In this document: positions 27,119-42,248 of the stretch, piece by piece
Layout of the letters: each line of letters begins with the position of its first letter
Position numbering within the stretch: position 1 is the first letter of the stretch
Source: Balanoglossus misakiensis
Lineage: Eukaryota > Animalia > Hemichordata
DNA: 64,000 bases
Reading direction: 5' to 3'
Assembly: GCA_040954595.2 (NCBI GenBank)
Contig: CM082586.2
Span: 5,442,509 to 5,506,508, forward strand
Position numbers and translations under genes: made by a program
Notes under the pieces: model-generated
Told to the model about the DNA's origin: nothing
The model's input: only the letters and a program-made list of their open reading frames with translations
The model's database searches: none

Positions 27119-28323
27119 ATGACAGCGGTCGATAATGTCATAAAAGGTAAGTTGCACATAATCATTTGGGTGATTTTGCGAGTCGCAACTGCACAGACGG
27201 CAACCAACGGGGGTGTGTCATCTTTTGGGATACACTGTTGTTGTTTGATGAAAGTGACATTATTTGCATCCTACAGATGCTGGACAGATCCACTCCCGAT
27301 TGCTGGATCACAGACCCATAATGCAGGGTGAGCTGAAATTCTTTGTCAGGGAATTTGAGGTGAGTTTAATTCTCCTACCTTCACTTGTGTCAAAATATAC
27401 ACTGGCCATCATGCTCCTTATTATAATCTGGATTGTTTACATTTGGCTGTGCTCAAGTGAACACATATTACCACATGTACTAATAGTTGCTATTTTTTGG
27501 TTTCAGACAAAACGAAATGACAGAGAATATGACAGACTCAAGAAAATATTGAATCAGTTGACTGACACAAATGAAAGATTTATTCCAGAAAATGTAGCTT
27601 TGATGGAAGAACAACTCCCAGATCTAAAGGAAAAATGTAAGTTGTAAAATGTCAGTATTTTCTCTGTACACAAATATGTCATTAGCAAGTATACATGGGC
27701 GAGCATGTACAAAGGAATATGTGCAATTCTATAGCCGTTATGGTACATTCAGATTCTGGGTTTCAATCTTAGATTTTTTTTCTTCTGTCAACAGTGAATG
27801 GTGTAAACAGAATGTGTAATAGAATCCTAGTCCGGGAAGAACAACGGAAAGCAGTAAGTACTATTTTTCTCCTGTTTTCTGTGTTACAACAGTGAAGATA
27901 TATTTTAATCTTAATCAGAAACCTCTGCCACATCCGATAGGTCATCAGGTCAGCGTGCAAGGTGTAAGTTTATGGTACATACGTTTCAGTTTTGAGTTAT
28001 ACAGTAGAGCTATAGTCTACATTATTGTATACAGGATGTGTGGTCAAGCACCATGATAAGGACAGAGGATATGTTTCTACAAGATAAATGTAGAATATAT
28101 AATGAAGTTTGTCCCCTCGAAGTAACCAGGTGTATTTTCTCCTTCCCAGTGTGATCCATTGAAAAAGAAGAAAGAAGACAGACAGAAGAAATGGTCAGAA
28201 TTCACAAAGTTACAGGGTGACAAGAGTTCCGCTGTCGACAAACAACACGAACAGAGGATGAAAGAAATTCGAGAACTTTATGCTGAAATGAACAAATCAT
28301 TAATGAAGAATTCACAGACATGA
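27119..28323 (+). CDS. BLOC1S5: BLOC-1 complex subunit 5 (Muted)
   Basis: Exons 27119-27146, 27277-27359, 27507-27636, 27795-27853, 28150-28323. IKDAGQIHSRLLDHRPIMQGELKFFVREFE matches the Muted N-terminal signature; coiled-coil C-terminus. Confidence 0.92.
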
Positions 28324-30017
28324 ACATAGATTACTTTTTATCGTAGACCAAAGTAGTGAGAAATTCTATCCATTATTTGGACCACAGTATAAACTGGTGT
28401 TCGTACCTCGGATTTGGTTATCTGCATGGACACTTTTGAAATCACAGCTGCTACTACTTGACTGTATTCTAGTAAAATGCAATATATTTAATGTACATTA
28501 AAAATAAATATGCACTTGGCACCAAGTAACACACAGAAACATTGTCAAGATCTCTTCAAATTAAATCTTTTATTGCAGAAAACACATGGAAGAAAAAAAA
28601 TACTTGTCCACAAAATGTAAAACCAAAGTACAGTATAAATATGTCTGTATCATGAAATTTCACCACCGAACGCATGGACTTCAGACATCATGAAAAACAC
28701 AACATCTACACTGATGAAGACAAAATCTTCAAAATTTACAATTTGTGATGCTGTGAAGTTTCCATAAAATTCTGCTGCGATCACCTGGCAGCCATGCACT
28801 AATCACATGGCGACCAGGTGCTGATCACATGATTGCATGCAATGATAGCCATACACAACACCCATGATAAAGAAGAGGCACCCAGTCAATCCTACATGAT
28901 ATGATGTTACCCCCCCCCCCCCCAAAAAAAAGTTCACAACACCCTATAAATCTATCTTTGCAGCAAAGACAGACATCAATATCTACACGACGGTGATGAA
29001 AACTAGAATATTCCTACTCACAATACAATTATCCCATTTATAGACTGATCCAGTCTATCATCCACCCCTCATTTTGTAAAGCTTGGTTTGACCCTATTCC
29101 ACACTATGACAGGATCATTCCACATTTTCAAAAAATGGGGGAGTGGTATCTGTAAAAATACAACTGGATACATTTGCAAATAAATTACAATAAAACACAA
29201 ATACACAACAGATGTACATTATGAAAATATGAGAATTTATAATATATGAATTCATGTTGAAATATAAGTAATGTATGCAGGTTGTGTGCAAATTTAAAGT
29301 CTTGAATTCCTTCATTTCCAGTAAATCTTTGGAAATGCAAATTTCAATATTTTTCCACTGAAAATGCACTGTCATCAGAGAGTAATTTTTCCTAATGTAA
29401 AGTACACCCCTAACGTAATACAAAGCTAATGGGTAATGATGTACAATTTACACAAATACAGTTTCTGTAACAACAAGGTAGAACTGTCCTAGAAGCAACA
29501 ATTTAGAAAGAATCACATCGGCTGATTTTGGCTATTTTAGTTCATTGCATACACAGTGCATATTATTCATTTTGCATACTTAACAGAGCAGGGATAAAAA
29601 TCGCAGTATACAACTAAACTTCCCATCAGAATAGTATGTCATTGTTTTATTAACATTGTTTAGCCTAAAGCAGTGAATAAGCACAGCTAACAATCATTCA
29701 GCATTTCAATCTTGCAGAATCATTTGAAAATATTAACCCACAACCCCAAATGCTCAACAACATAATCATGTCACTTTAAAGTGTAATATGCCAGAATTCT
29801 GGTTACTTGTTCAGCATTCTTTTAATACCAAGACCCTTGCTTATCCCAATTTTTACAAAAAATATATATGGCAACTGAAGGACTTCCTTTAAAAGGAACT
29901 TAAACTAAATACTTGACATTGAACATATTTTGCTGTTAGTGGTTCAACCAGAAAATTTTCTTGGGAAATAATTTATGTTCAAAAGGCCATCTTTCAATTT
30001 GAAGTAGGATCCTTCTT

Positions 30018-30110
30018 TTAACCCCTTCACCAACATGGTTTGGTCCAAATCTATTGTATCCTCTGGTAAAGTTGGATCTCTATAGAGTGAACTAGGGATG
30101 AAAGGGTTAA
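30018..30110 (-). mobile_element. piggyBac-type 85-bp MITE with TTAA target-site duplication
   Basis: TTAA|CCCCTTCA...TGAAAGGG|TTAA; interior is the reverse complement of the 54703 copy. Confidence 0.8.
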
Positions 30111-31924
30111 AGGGTGTTTTACACCTGATGGCAAAATACTAAGATTGAATATCTTGAAGTTGATCGGAGATGTGATACTTTTAAGCAAATGAGTTAGTAC
30201 TGACTGTAAAAAAATATAACAGTGCATTGATTCTGGCTAGAACTGGAGACTGCATTCTTCTGAAAATTTAGCCGAAAAAAAATTGTTAAATAAATTAAGT
30301 TTTTGCAGAGAGAATTTTGCTATTCTTAAATATCTTAGTTTATGCAGACTTTGCATGTACACATATTATGATTATCGCCACAATAAAGAAAAGTTTGCAT
30401 TGATGATGGTTATAAGTTTGAATCGACATAAAAATATGCAGGCAAATTATTCAGACCGGCTGGAATAAAGTCATTCAAAAATAAATATGATAAATCTTGC
30501 AGTTGAACATGCCTTAAAGCAGAATGGCACCGTCCCACTTTCTGTGGGGACTGCTCCATTTTATACATGGATGTTCGGGCTTGCATTGACACTAACAACT
30601 AAATAATTATGAGACAGAAATGTGTGTACAATGCTTAAATTTTGAATTATGTAGTACTGGACCAAACAACATATGAATGAGTACTTTTCACAAAGTCGCA
30701 CAAAAAATATCTACAAATAATAATTTTCTAAAGTACAACTTTTTAAATATTTAAATAAAATAAAAATAAATACAGCTGCCTACAATACTTGATTTTCCTA
30801 GGCTTGTTTTCAGAAATAATACAGTTCACAAACTTTCTCAGTACTTTTTCAAGGAGCATTTGCACCCAATGTCATTTTACAGTAGTGATTGCACAGCAAC
30901 AAATTGATTTTTGACTGTAATTATGCGGAGACAAAAAACGCAACAAAACTTAAAAGAGACTTTACAGTGTGGGGGAGTTTGGCAAAGTCGTCCAAATTTC
31001 ACAGCCTGCACTTTGCCATTTCCTGTTTCACAATTACAGAAATACTGTACAGCCAAAACTATCGGACAATATATAATAAACTATACAGATTCCTCTGACA
31101 AGACCTACATACAAATGGACAGAAAAGACTATGCTTCCACCGATAACATGTCAACGCAGCTTGTGTGTACAAATAAATCTTTCTCCCACCCTCTCTCTTT
31201 CTCGATCTCCATCTCTCACGATATTTTCTTCAGAATTCCAACTACCAAACACCGCACTAAAATAGCCTTCAATAGTGAGAAGAACCCAACAGAAGACTGA
31301 ACCCAAACAATATCATTACAACATTGGCACAGTATATACAGGCAGCCCATGTCTGATCTACTGTGATATGACATTTCATTCATATTACCACAACCAATTA
31401 GAAGGACTATAATATACACAAGTGGATGAGTGCACAGAAATATGCGAGAACTGCCTTTTAGAATATTTTTGCTCTATACCAATGCATACCAGTCTGTCCC
31501 TATAGTGATGACAACATGTTTACTACCTGAGAATGCTATACATACACATTGCAAAATTATCTATTGGATATTATGATGCATGGAGACTGAGTTTAATCTG
31601 TTGTCTTTATACCTAGCACATATGACTAATATTATCACAGACCAAAAGAAAAAATATGCTAACTGGACACCCCAGGTCTTCAGTACAACCATTGACCTGG
31701 CTATTTGGTGAAAATTCTCAGCTGTCATTTCATTTTTAAAAAAATACTGTGGCACACAATCCTCCACAAGCACCGACTTGCAACTTCCTGCGATGTACTG
31801 TGATTTTGAAACGAATACTGCCTCTTTGTGTTGAACACATAGGATGCACTTTTGGCTTTTCTACTGCTTCTGTACATGCGACCCATGTCAAAGGTCAGAG
31901 TTCACTGTCACATTGCCCGCTGAG

Positions 31925-34900
31925 CTAGAGATCAATGATCTTGTTGGCTTCTCTGATTCCACTGAGGTAGGCCCCTGTCACTGTCTGGGGAAACTGACGG
32001 TTTGTTGCCTGTGAAGTGAAGAGAATGTGTTCTTGTTTAGTGTACGTACAGCACAGGACATGAGACAGAACACAAATGATAAGAATCAGAACAAATCATT
32101 CAGCGGTCAATAAAGAATGGAAAACTTCCATGTCAAACATGCCACAGCACAACATTGCTCAAGATGTGAAAATGTGAAAACTGACCTCGCCAGCAAAGAA
32201 GAGTTTGTCATTAACCGACTCTGCCATTTCATCGTAGGCTTCACCTGTACATCCTAGCTTGACATAGCTGTATGCCATCTTCGCATATTTTTCTTCACTC
32301 CACCGAGTCACGAAATAGTGCGTGGGATCAGGAACGTCCTGGTAAGGACACAGAAAAAAGGTACTGGTTAGATACACAACCTACTTTAAACATTACTCAC
32401 TATGACAGTTACCTTCGATGTATAGAGGGTTAGGCGAGGGTTGCAGTAGATAAACCCAGAATTCAAACACTTTGATTGCACCCCGATATACTAACAAACC
32501 CATGTTGTATCACGACATTCGAATACAGCGCCCCCTATAGTCATACACAATAACTGCAGACACTGGATTTTGTATACCTACCTCCTGTGGAAACATAGCC
32601 CTGAGTACCTGCATACATTTCTCCCGTATTTCTTGATCCGTCATATCTTGTATTGTGTAGACAGAGTCTCCACTGATAACGCTCATCAATATGCTACTGC
32701 CATCTTTGTTACCCTGTATATGATAAGAGATGATGAATTGTAGGATATGCACGCATGTATCAAACGACAGCTGGGGATGTTAGACAGAAGATTAACTTTT
32801 ACGCCGTGTGTTACATGTATATACAGGATGTGAATTGAGCTGTTATAACTGGATAGAGCTGAACAATATTGATAATCTATCAAGAGAAACTACTAAAACC
32901 ATCTGAAATGTTGTTGAAATGTAGTTACTTATCCATTTTCTGCTATACAAATAAATGCCAATACACTTTACGCTAATATATCATCACACAGAGAAACACA
33001 TGATTTATGTATAAAAAAATATTATGTCAAATCTTTTAGAAAAAATGAAGCATGCCTCACCTTTGGCGTCATATCATAGAAGATCCCAAACAATCCTTTC
33101 TCCTTGGCATCTACTGGGATATGACCAAAGAAATCAGCTCCTTGTACTCGCTTATCCCAAAACCTTCTTGGGAATTTCAATGCAACCTGCAAACAATGCA
33201 TGACCACACAGTCATTAATTAAAAATCTACACAGTGTGGTCGTGAATAAAGGAAATATTTGTTTCCTATTGACTCACTGATTTAGGTTGTTGTTATTTTC
33301 ATTTCTGGGGTGTTTTGGTATTTTTAAGGGGTCTTAGACAGAGAACATAAACTGTAATGACCACTCTGTACCTTTTCAATAATTCCCGCCCCAAGACTGT
33401 TGATAGCTGATATTTTGTCCGGTGGCAAAGGTGGCTGGAAGTTGATCTTCTCTTTCTGAAGTACTGCCAATGGAACTGTCACTATCACCTGAAAAGAAAA
33501 ATGCTTGCCAGTTACTATTTTATTCCCACATTACTTTTTTCGTTGTTTATGATCAAATTCGGTACAGTTGTTCATGCCATACGGCTACATGTAAGTAATA
33601 AAATATTTATAATATATTCAAGGTCAGTCCCATTAAACCTCTCCATCAGAGAATAAATTAATTTAATGATCTATAAATGGGTGCTCCTGCTGTGCGTATA
33701 AGAATACAGGTTGTGCAGAAATTGCAGGAGGCAACATAATAAAAGATTCCCAGCTGCGTTCTATAACAATCAACTGTTTACTGGTAATATAATAAACATT
33801 AAAAATACTTTTATTACATTTTAGCCCCAACCCTTGCAAATACATTGTACATTGTAGAGGTAAATGGGGACATGACTTACTGTAAAAACGCATCTTTTTT
33901 TATAGCTAGCATGAGTGAATTGACCACTTTAAAGAATTCCCAACATGCACCATCAGTTAAATTAAGGTCCTCGCTGATCAGTTACAAATTTCAATTTGCA
34001 TGGAGCTAACATTTTGTCTGTCTGATGTGCAAGAGAAAGGAAAAACAATTTAAGAACATGGACATCCCCAAACTCCCCCCCCCCCCCTCCAATGGAAGAA
34101 AGTCAAGTTACCTTTGAGCATGACCATTTTTCCTCGTCCACAGTAGTGAGTATAACTTCATCACCGCTGTAACTAATGTCTGTGATTTCTGTGTTGAGTC
34201 TGATGTCAAGCCCCTCAGCCATTTTGTTCAGTAGCATCATGTATCCGTTGGGTAACATACAGTGATCACCTGCCAGTTGTGGGAACTCTTCATTTTGGTC
34301 CCAATTCAAAGCTGAAACCTGCAAAAAAAAAAAAGACAGTTGAAGTGTACATATGCCCAATATAAACTTCAATGACCCCTACATGACCTTACATCCTGGC
34401 TTTTTCATTGGTGGAGCCCACTGCTTGAGAGGGAACCATATTCACTGAATGAATGAATGAATGAATGAATGAATGAACGAACGAACGAACGAACGAACAA
34501 ACGAACGAATGAAAGAATGAATGAATGAATGAACAAACGAACAAATGAAAGAATGAAAAACTGACTAACTTACCTGAGATAGATCAGCACCACATGCATA
34601 TTCCAAGTTACTGATGTGAAACTGCAGAATTTTCATCTCATGTTCATTGAAAGTTAAATTCGTTTCATTCACAAAGATTTTGTGCATCTCTTGTAGTTTA
34701 TCTAGAAAAAGGGAAAAATAGAGGAGTATCATATAAGAGAATTTAAAAGACAAATGGACACAAACCAATGACCGATCAAAGTTTAGAGTTTTTTTTGCTA
34801 TTTTTAATATATTCATATATTGTTTCATATAAACTGAACAAACAATTCAATACAAAAAAAATTCAAACACTGCAGAGAAAATATTACCTCCAAGGTTGCT

Positions 34901-37900
34901 GTCCTCTGTGACATCTTTCCTCCACTCAGCCACAGCATCTAACATTGCATTGAAATGAAAGTCAACTCTTCGATCCAACCTCCTGTCTGTGACTTTGCCC
35001 GTCTCCTGGAACAGCTCACACTTATCAACCATCTTCCTCATCTCAGTTCCAGCCTGTAAATAATACAAATACTACTGTAAAACCATCTATACTGTGATTG
35101 TGAATGGTAGTATTATGCATACATACAAGGATAGAAGCAAGAAGGAAAAGATGTCATCAAAATGTTGTTCTGACATGAGACAATTAGCTCAATTTTTGAT
35201 CAGCATGAAAACCCCTCTGGACCTGTAACCGAATGTCCTCTCCAGAAAATTTTCTAGCAATCATATTTGTGCAGAGTCTGTTCTGTAGAAAAAAGCATTG
35301 CACCACACCTACATCACGCACATTCCTCGAACAGGCCCAGTCCATTCCATTCAGACAACAGGGGAAGTCGCCCCTCCAACTTACCTGATGGCACATGACC
35401 ATGATGGGATTATTGATGCACCCCGTCACTATCTGCGCCCCTTTGCCAATGCACTGTCCCAGAGAGTCATCATCCCACACTCTCCCACCTATTCTCTTAT
35501 TGGCTTCTAGGATTTGAACTTTGACCCCACAGTGTGCGAGTTGCCTAGCTGCAGCCAGGCCTGCGATCCCAGCTCCTATCACTATTACATTCTCCTGCAA
35601 TAAAAAAACAGAAAGCAGGAGTTTTATGTCAAATTAAAAATTGATAGAACTGGGAAGATGAATTTTGTGTCTAGTGACACATTACATCTTGGTAGTTGAT
35701 GAACATCTTACAACTAAATACACTGTACTGACCTGATTGCACTTCTGAGGTAATACAGCGTTAAGTGGTTGAGGTAGGTTGCCAACATTGACCAGGCCTT
35801 TCTTCGTTAGGGATTGTAAGATCATCTCCAGGTGGGCTATGTAGCGAATTCTGATCAGACCTCTTACTATGCAGTGCTGTGCACACTTGCCGACAGTCAA
35901 TACTTCCTGTAAACAGTTTCATAACACACTCTGTATAAAGTTGCCAATTGTCAAAAAATCCTGCAAATTTATAATTTCACCATCCAACATACATGTAACC
36001 TAATTGTGGAGAAACGGACACACCAATACGAGTTTCCAACAGACCTCAAAGATATATATGTCTTGGAAACTCACTTTGCAGTTTTGATTCCACAATGCAA
36101 GTACGATATTTCTGAGTCCAAGATACATCATACTGTATTTGGTCAGTTCGGGAAACTCCGCCAACTCCTCCTCTTCAATGACGTCAGGGCGTACACAGAA
36201 TGCTTTGCCGTCTTCATCTGGCTGGTAGAAAGGCTGGAAATAGGAATTTATACCTGGAGAACGGGAAAGGAAAGAATGTATCAGGAGAATGTTAAACGGG
36301 AAAAGAAAATAGATGCAGAGAAAAAAAAGATCCATAGCATATCTGCTGGAGCACACTGCTTAATTCTGAGCAGAGCAACTAGTGCTGAGTTTACTTATGG
36401 TAAAATGCAGTAACTGTGCATTAGGGTTAGGGATTTATAGAACATGACATCCCAAAGGTCTGTCTACAGCCTACCATGTGAATCTCCATTTTGTTCTGCT
36501 GTCTTCGGACAAGTCGGGGTCATTCCCACACCGTCTGGGTAATAGTTGGACAGGAAACATGCGGCTGGGCTCTTCTTGACAAGAGGTGTGTACGTCAAAC
36601 TCGCTAACCAGTCTGGAAGATTCAGAGCATCATCCACCCGGGGGTCCTCATGCACAGAGCATGATATAACACGGCTATTCTGAGAGATGACAATAGAACA
36701 ACATCGGTGGTTAGTCGTTGTCTTATGGTTGTGCCTTCTGTGCATAAAACACAGCAACATCAGGTGGAAATAAGTTACCTTACCTTTGTAGCAGCCATTC
36801 CACACTGATATCTACTGATCAAGTCTGGTGTGAGGCCTTTATCTTTACCAAGCTGTCGCCATTTCCTGCAGTTTGGCTTTGTACACTGTATCCAATACGG
36901 CAACTGCACGTCCGCCATGAACGCCCGGATTGTGGGTTCGCTCTTTCCGTTGGTCACCCATTGTTTCTTCCACATCTGGAAATGCCGATAGCCACTCTTA
37001 TGGCTAAACCAAAGAATGGAAGAAAAAAAATGCCAAACTTAGGATGAGGGTATATGTTCAGGGGGTGACTGTCCTATACACAACTCATGTTTGTTGACAA
37101 TGCTCACCTTCTGTAATAATGTTCAAAACACTCGTTGCAGTAGTGTTCTCCCCCTGAAAGATGGTACCATCTGGAGGTGTTGCCACTTTTCCCGGCACAT
37201 CTGCAACCAAGAGATAACAAGAATGAGACTATGATTTTTTTTTAGTTCAAGCTAGTTAGTTACATGGAAGTGCAACAGTGATGGAATGACAAAATACCAG
37301 TGTGTGCAGACTCACACACACACACCCGGCTTATATTCTCAAATGATGAGTAGCCTCCAGTAGGATGTTGCACGGTTGCTTGGCAACGCCCAGTCCAACC
37401 AGGCACCTACTGCAGACCTTCACATGTTCATCAAGAACACATGATTGGAGTTGCCTGCAAAAACACAGCCATTAGAAACAGAGGTCACTGTGACAAGAGA
37501 TCATTTGTGTGACTGATAAAAGGCGTGGTATTATCTCAATTGCAGCCAGGTCAAGTGGGTTACTGCCAGTTGTAAGTCACGTAACGAACGTAGCCTATGT
37601 TCATTACATCTACAATCTATGCTTACAGTAAACATACATTGTAGATGTTGTAATGGAGATTTACGTTGACAATACAGTACAAGAACACATTCAGGTATAC
37701 ATGACAAGGCAGGCTGATTTTGCTCAAAGACAACTCATATCAAATTCTCTCAAGGAATAGTACACCTACACAATTCACAACACATTACTTAAATCTCGCT
37801 GGTTAACTCAGAGAGTTTTACATGCAAAATAGAGTAAAACGCGTCAGAGAGATTTCATTTATCGTTAACGTGTATTACATGTACACACAGCTGCCACACC

Positions 37901-39175
37901 AAGCTCAGAAATAGCTGACAGCTATATCCTCTCTTTTATTTCAAAGAGATGCTACCATGTCAGTGCTAAGGAGATTTATTCATGTAAGCACATAGGTATT
38001 GATCAGTAGAGTGCATCACCTTATCATCAGACATGCCGCTATCTCGGACGTGCGAAAGACACTGAATGAGGCTCAATAGACTAGCTATGGTTCAGGTTCA
38101 ACAAAAGAATGAAGAGTGAATTGAGAACGTGTGTAACTGGGACGACTAATACATCTTGTAGAACAGCAAATGACTGGTCCAACGTGGCAATACCATTTAT
38201 TCATCTCTGTACAGTGTCATATTAGCATCATTCACTCTAATCCACTAAAGTATTCACATGGATTCAGACAGCTCAAAAGAGCCTGACTTATTCAATATGT
38301 GAACATCATAATCTGTTCATCCCTAGAGGCATTCCCACTATAATACCAGAATTGTATCATCATCTTCTGTTTTTATATCGCATTATAGATCCAGCAGACA
38401 CATAGCATTTAAATTTTGTAACAATTTATATTGTAAATAAAATTCTGTAAATACTATTATTCCATAGCGATTATTATTTCATACACATAATGCCACCATT
38501 TCCATGCAACAAGAAATGATGAGGTCATTTAATTTTCCACTTCTATCGATCTGAAGTGCCAGCATAATTCTAACAACTAACGTGCAAACCACACAAAAAC
38601 ATCTGTGAATATGATTAATATTCTACATGCATGAGAACATACTCTTGTAAAAAAAAAAAACCTGCACGCAACATTCTCAGCTCTCAACTGGTTCAAAGAT
38701 CAATTACATTATAACACGCAGGGCATCAAATTTGTTTATGACACCAGCAGGTCAAAGGTCAATTTCTAAGCGCTAAACAACTGTATTCAACAGAAACATG
38801 GCCTCGAAACCCCAAGCAGAGTAATAAATATGACAAAGGCAGTGACTGTGCTGTGATAAATTTGGGGCAGAGCCACAATATCGGCATTCAGCAACTTTGT
38901 CAGTCAACTTCTTGTTTTTGCAATGCAGGTTTGACTTCCTTGAAGAAAACCCAAGATCTAGTTGAGACTTACTTTTCCGTAACAGCCACGAAACACACTG
39001 GCCTTCTGGTGGGACAACTACTTTTATCGCATGACCTGAAGACCTTCTTGGCGGGCACCTCTTCCATGTCGTTTTCCTGCGTGTTGCTGTTGATGGAGCC
39101 CTCGGACGCCTTGCGTTTTGGCAGCTGTCTCTGTCCCAGTCTGGGAGACCTCAACGACTTGCCCCTTGCCGGCAT
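31925..39175 (-). CDS. KDM1B: Lysine-specific histone demethylase 2 (LSD2)
   Basis: Coding exons 39175-38973, 37200-37108, 37003-36784, 36679-36475, 36253-36075, 35906-35733, 35594-35385, 35053-34888, 34701-34574, 34318-34112, 33488-33372, 33186-33061, 32713-32582, 32338-32186, 32008-31925. Zinc finger ([17 protein letters not shown]), zf-CW ([18 protein letters not shown]), SWIRM, FAD-binding [10 protein letters not shown]-terminal [25 protein letters not shown]. An acceptor 7 nt before the ATG implies an upstream non-coding exon. Confidence 0.95.
34446..34557 (+). repeat. (TGAA)n/(CGAA)n compound microsatellite in a KDM1B intron
   Basis: Directly visible tetranucleotide repeats. Confidence 0.95.
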
Positions 39176-41104
39176 GGCTTCACTGCAATTAAAGATATAC
39201 GATAATTGACCATGGAAGAGAGAACAGCAGGTGATTACAAATAACATCTGGAAATGGCTGAAATACAACAAACATTACCCAGCATGGTAGAGAGTATACC
39301 AATGGAAGCCATTTTTTGGGGGGGGGGATTCCAATACAGTCCACAAACAGGATAATTATTAACCACAAGTGAAACCAAAAGTAAACGTTATGTTCCTACA
39401 AAATCTAATTTTGACAGTTAAGTAACGCACAACATAAATTTCATCATTTGAGGTATGTCCTTACCCTACCAGAATATTGAATTTTAAGTCTAATAGCAGG
39501 TGTTACACGTTCATAATCCCACTGACAATTGCAAACTGAGGTGGCAACATATATATAATACAAGCTAATAAAAAAATCAGTATATCAATTTAGGCTGGCA
39601 CCATTACATGTATGCTATGCTAATTCGATTATAATGAATGTTTGATGAATGCAATTGACACACTGTAAAATATACCCTGACAACATATCTTGGAATGATG
39701 GGCTTGAATCATTTATTACACCAAAAAAAATACATTCAGGGAACATGATTAGAGAACCTGGTAATCTAACATGCTCTTTATCTCAATGACCTGCCAACTG
39801 CTTTTGTACTGTAACAATAAGAGGCAAAAGCATATGTTGAATTTGTGAGAGGAAAATGCCTACCCTACTGTTCACACGTAACATCCATCATCACACAATG
39901 AGAGAGTTTAATTACAGATGGCATATGTCATGCACTGCAGGGAGTATATGTATACCCTTACCTACACTGCACATGCAACATTAACACAAAAGGGCAAAAT
40001 ATCTATATGGCTTCACAATTCTCCTTGGTAAATGAAGTACATTGCTTTGTTCGTCATTGCCGTGGAACAATCATCCTACTGTGATATTTCACAATGAAGT
40101 ATTATTGATCTTTTAAATTGACCTGGCATGCTGAAGAGGTAACTGAGCCAATTATTGACATTCTCAGGTTCTGAATATTCTATACGCTACTTCACACATC
40201 AGTAGACAGGATCACCACATGCTCTTTACCATTTACTGAGACACCTTCCAAAGATGCCCCGATAAACAACAATGCAGCAATTGTTTACGGACATAACAAA
40301 ACTAACATATGATACATTATTATACATGCTAGTAGGAATAATGACAGTATCAAACAATTACGGAAAGCATTCAAAATTCCTGATATTTGAAAATGTATTA
40401 AAATAGGTGTTTTGTAGGAGAACTGGCAGAATACTCTTCTGCAAGAATTTCCGGCCAACGAAAGAACTATATTAGGATAATTAGGCTGTTATTAAAGTTA
40501 ATAATTTTCTAGATCTAATGTTTGTTTTTTTTTTTTTCTATTAGTCAACTGGAAACTAAGAACTTGAAAACCAAGTAAGGGAAGCAATCAATACAGATAC
40601 AAGACAAACAGGAAGAGCAATCAATCAAAAACAATATTGACTACTAATAATGACTATCAATTGACCAATTGTCTATCAGATGTATTTCAATTCTCAAATA
40701 TCACTCTGGTTATATGATAAGAAACCTACATGTAGCTTAATACGCATTGACTGGCCTCCGTGAATTGGTTTTCCTGATCAAGCATATGCATTTCCATGGT
40801 CGGATTCCTCACAGTTCTTGTAAAAAGCCATATTTGACGCTTTAGGAATAGTAAAACAGCAACACCTTGGAATTACATGTAGTTACATGATAGGTCTTGG
40901 CCTTGGGAGCCACATACTTCCGCACATGCTCATAATAAAAACAGACCGGACTGTCTCCATCATGATCAAATTAAGTCAAACAGGCTGCCAAAAAATTGCG
41001 CATAAATGCAATTTGAGAGACAAATAATACATCATGGTCCTTTGTCACAACCGATCAATTCCATTATAGGGTGTTAAATACCTCTCTGTAAACAAAGCCG
41101 GTAT

Positions 41105-41810
41105 AGGGATAAACTGTGTTAACGCCATCTTGGAAATTTGCAGTGCATTGTGGGTCACTTGACTTCCGCATGGGGGGGAGTAACTCAGTCGAGTGTCAGC
41201 TGTTCACTGTGCAAGTCAATGACAACAAGCGTCTACAACCTATCCAATTTTCCAGCGGTTTAGTCAGATTTTCCTCAAGTAGCGTTAGTAGTAGTAGTAT
41301 AAGTAGTTATATTTTGTTCTGTTTTAGTGTTAGTTATAGTTATTTATAGTTATTTTTGAGTTTTTAGAACTGTTCTAGTTTTTAAGAACTGTTCTCTCTC
41401 GCCTGTTCGATCGACGACGGAAGCAAGAGTTCAACAATATCAGCGGTGAGTACTTGTATTAAGTTGTAAACTATCACTCTGCACTTACTTTACCACCTCT
41501 AGGGGCAAGAATGGACGTAAATCGACCATAAAAACTGATTTGGTGTACTTTTCATAATGCTTCAAGTTAGATTTCCAAAGCATTCGAAACAATGGTTTCA
41601 CAGCCATTTACAAAAACGTGTGAATGGGCGTCACATCATCACTTTCACTGCTGCATTGTGGCCCCTTGTTTAGTTGATCATTTGGCAGCCAATGTTCATT
41701 GTTTCTTGAAAGTCACTTGAATAAAGAATCGTGATGTTTGATTGAACCATTTTAATTCTTGTACATCCAAACCTACAGCCATCGAACGTCATGTTAAAAG
41801 AGGGCGTGGC
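41105..41810 (+). repeat. Left terminal inverted repeat (~705 bp)
   Basis: Reverse complement of 48139-48846. The ORF track gives the same 77-aa translation at 41116(+) and 48835(-). I found only a handful of differences by eye, all in the inner half. Confidence 0.95.
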
Positions 41811-42248
41811 TCTGGCTTTGAAACTTGTCCTTGTTTAGACTACTGTTCAAATTAGACTACTGTTCAAAACTGTCAACGTACGACCATCACTGAGTGAACA
41901 TTTCAAACTATCATCCATATCAGTTTCCAAATTATCTGAATAATGTGTAATTCAGTGCAATGCACCTTGGAAATTTGACAGAGGATTTGACTTACATGCA
42001 TGGCTTCATCATTCATGTTTAAGTTATGTTTGATTCTTTGCAATGTTTAAAGTTTGTTTTCTATTGTTTTCATTTATTTACCTTTTACTGCTAAATAGTA
42101 ATGACACATGGGAAATAATCTGTTCTTTAATCACCCCAAACAGACATTATGGTTAAAATATGGAAGTATAGTCAATATGTTATTGATATACACCCTTTAT
42201 GTGCCCATTTTAAACATTTTCCCACTTGTATACTTTATCAGATTAATC

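Noticed and set aside
41116-41349. Identical 77-aa ORF at 41116(+) and 48602-48835(-)
   Set aside because: Starts at a non-ATG codon, is low complexity, and is simply a by-product of the TIR duplication.
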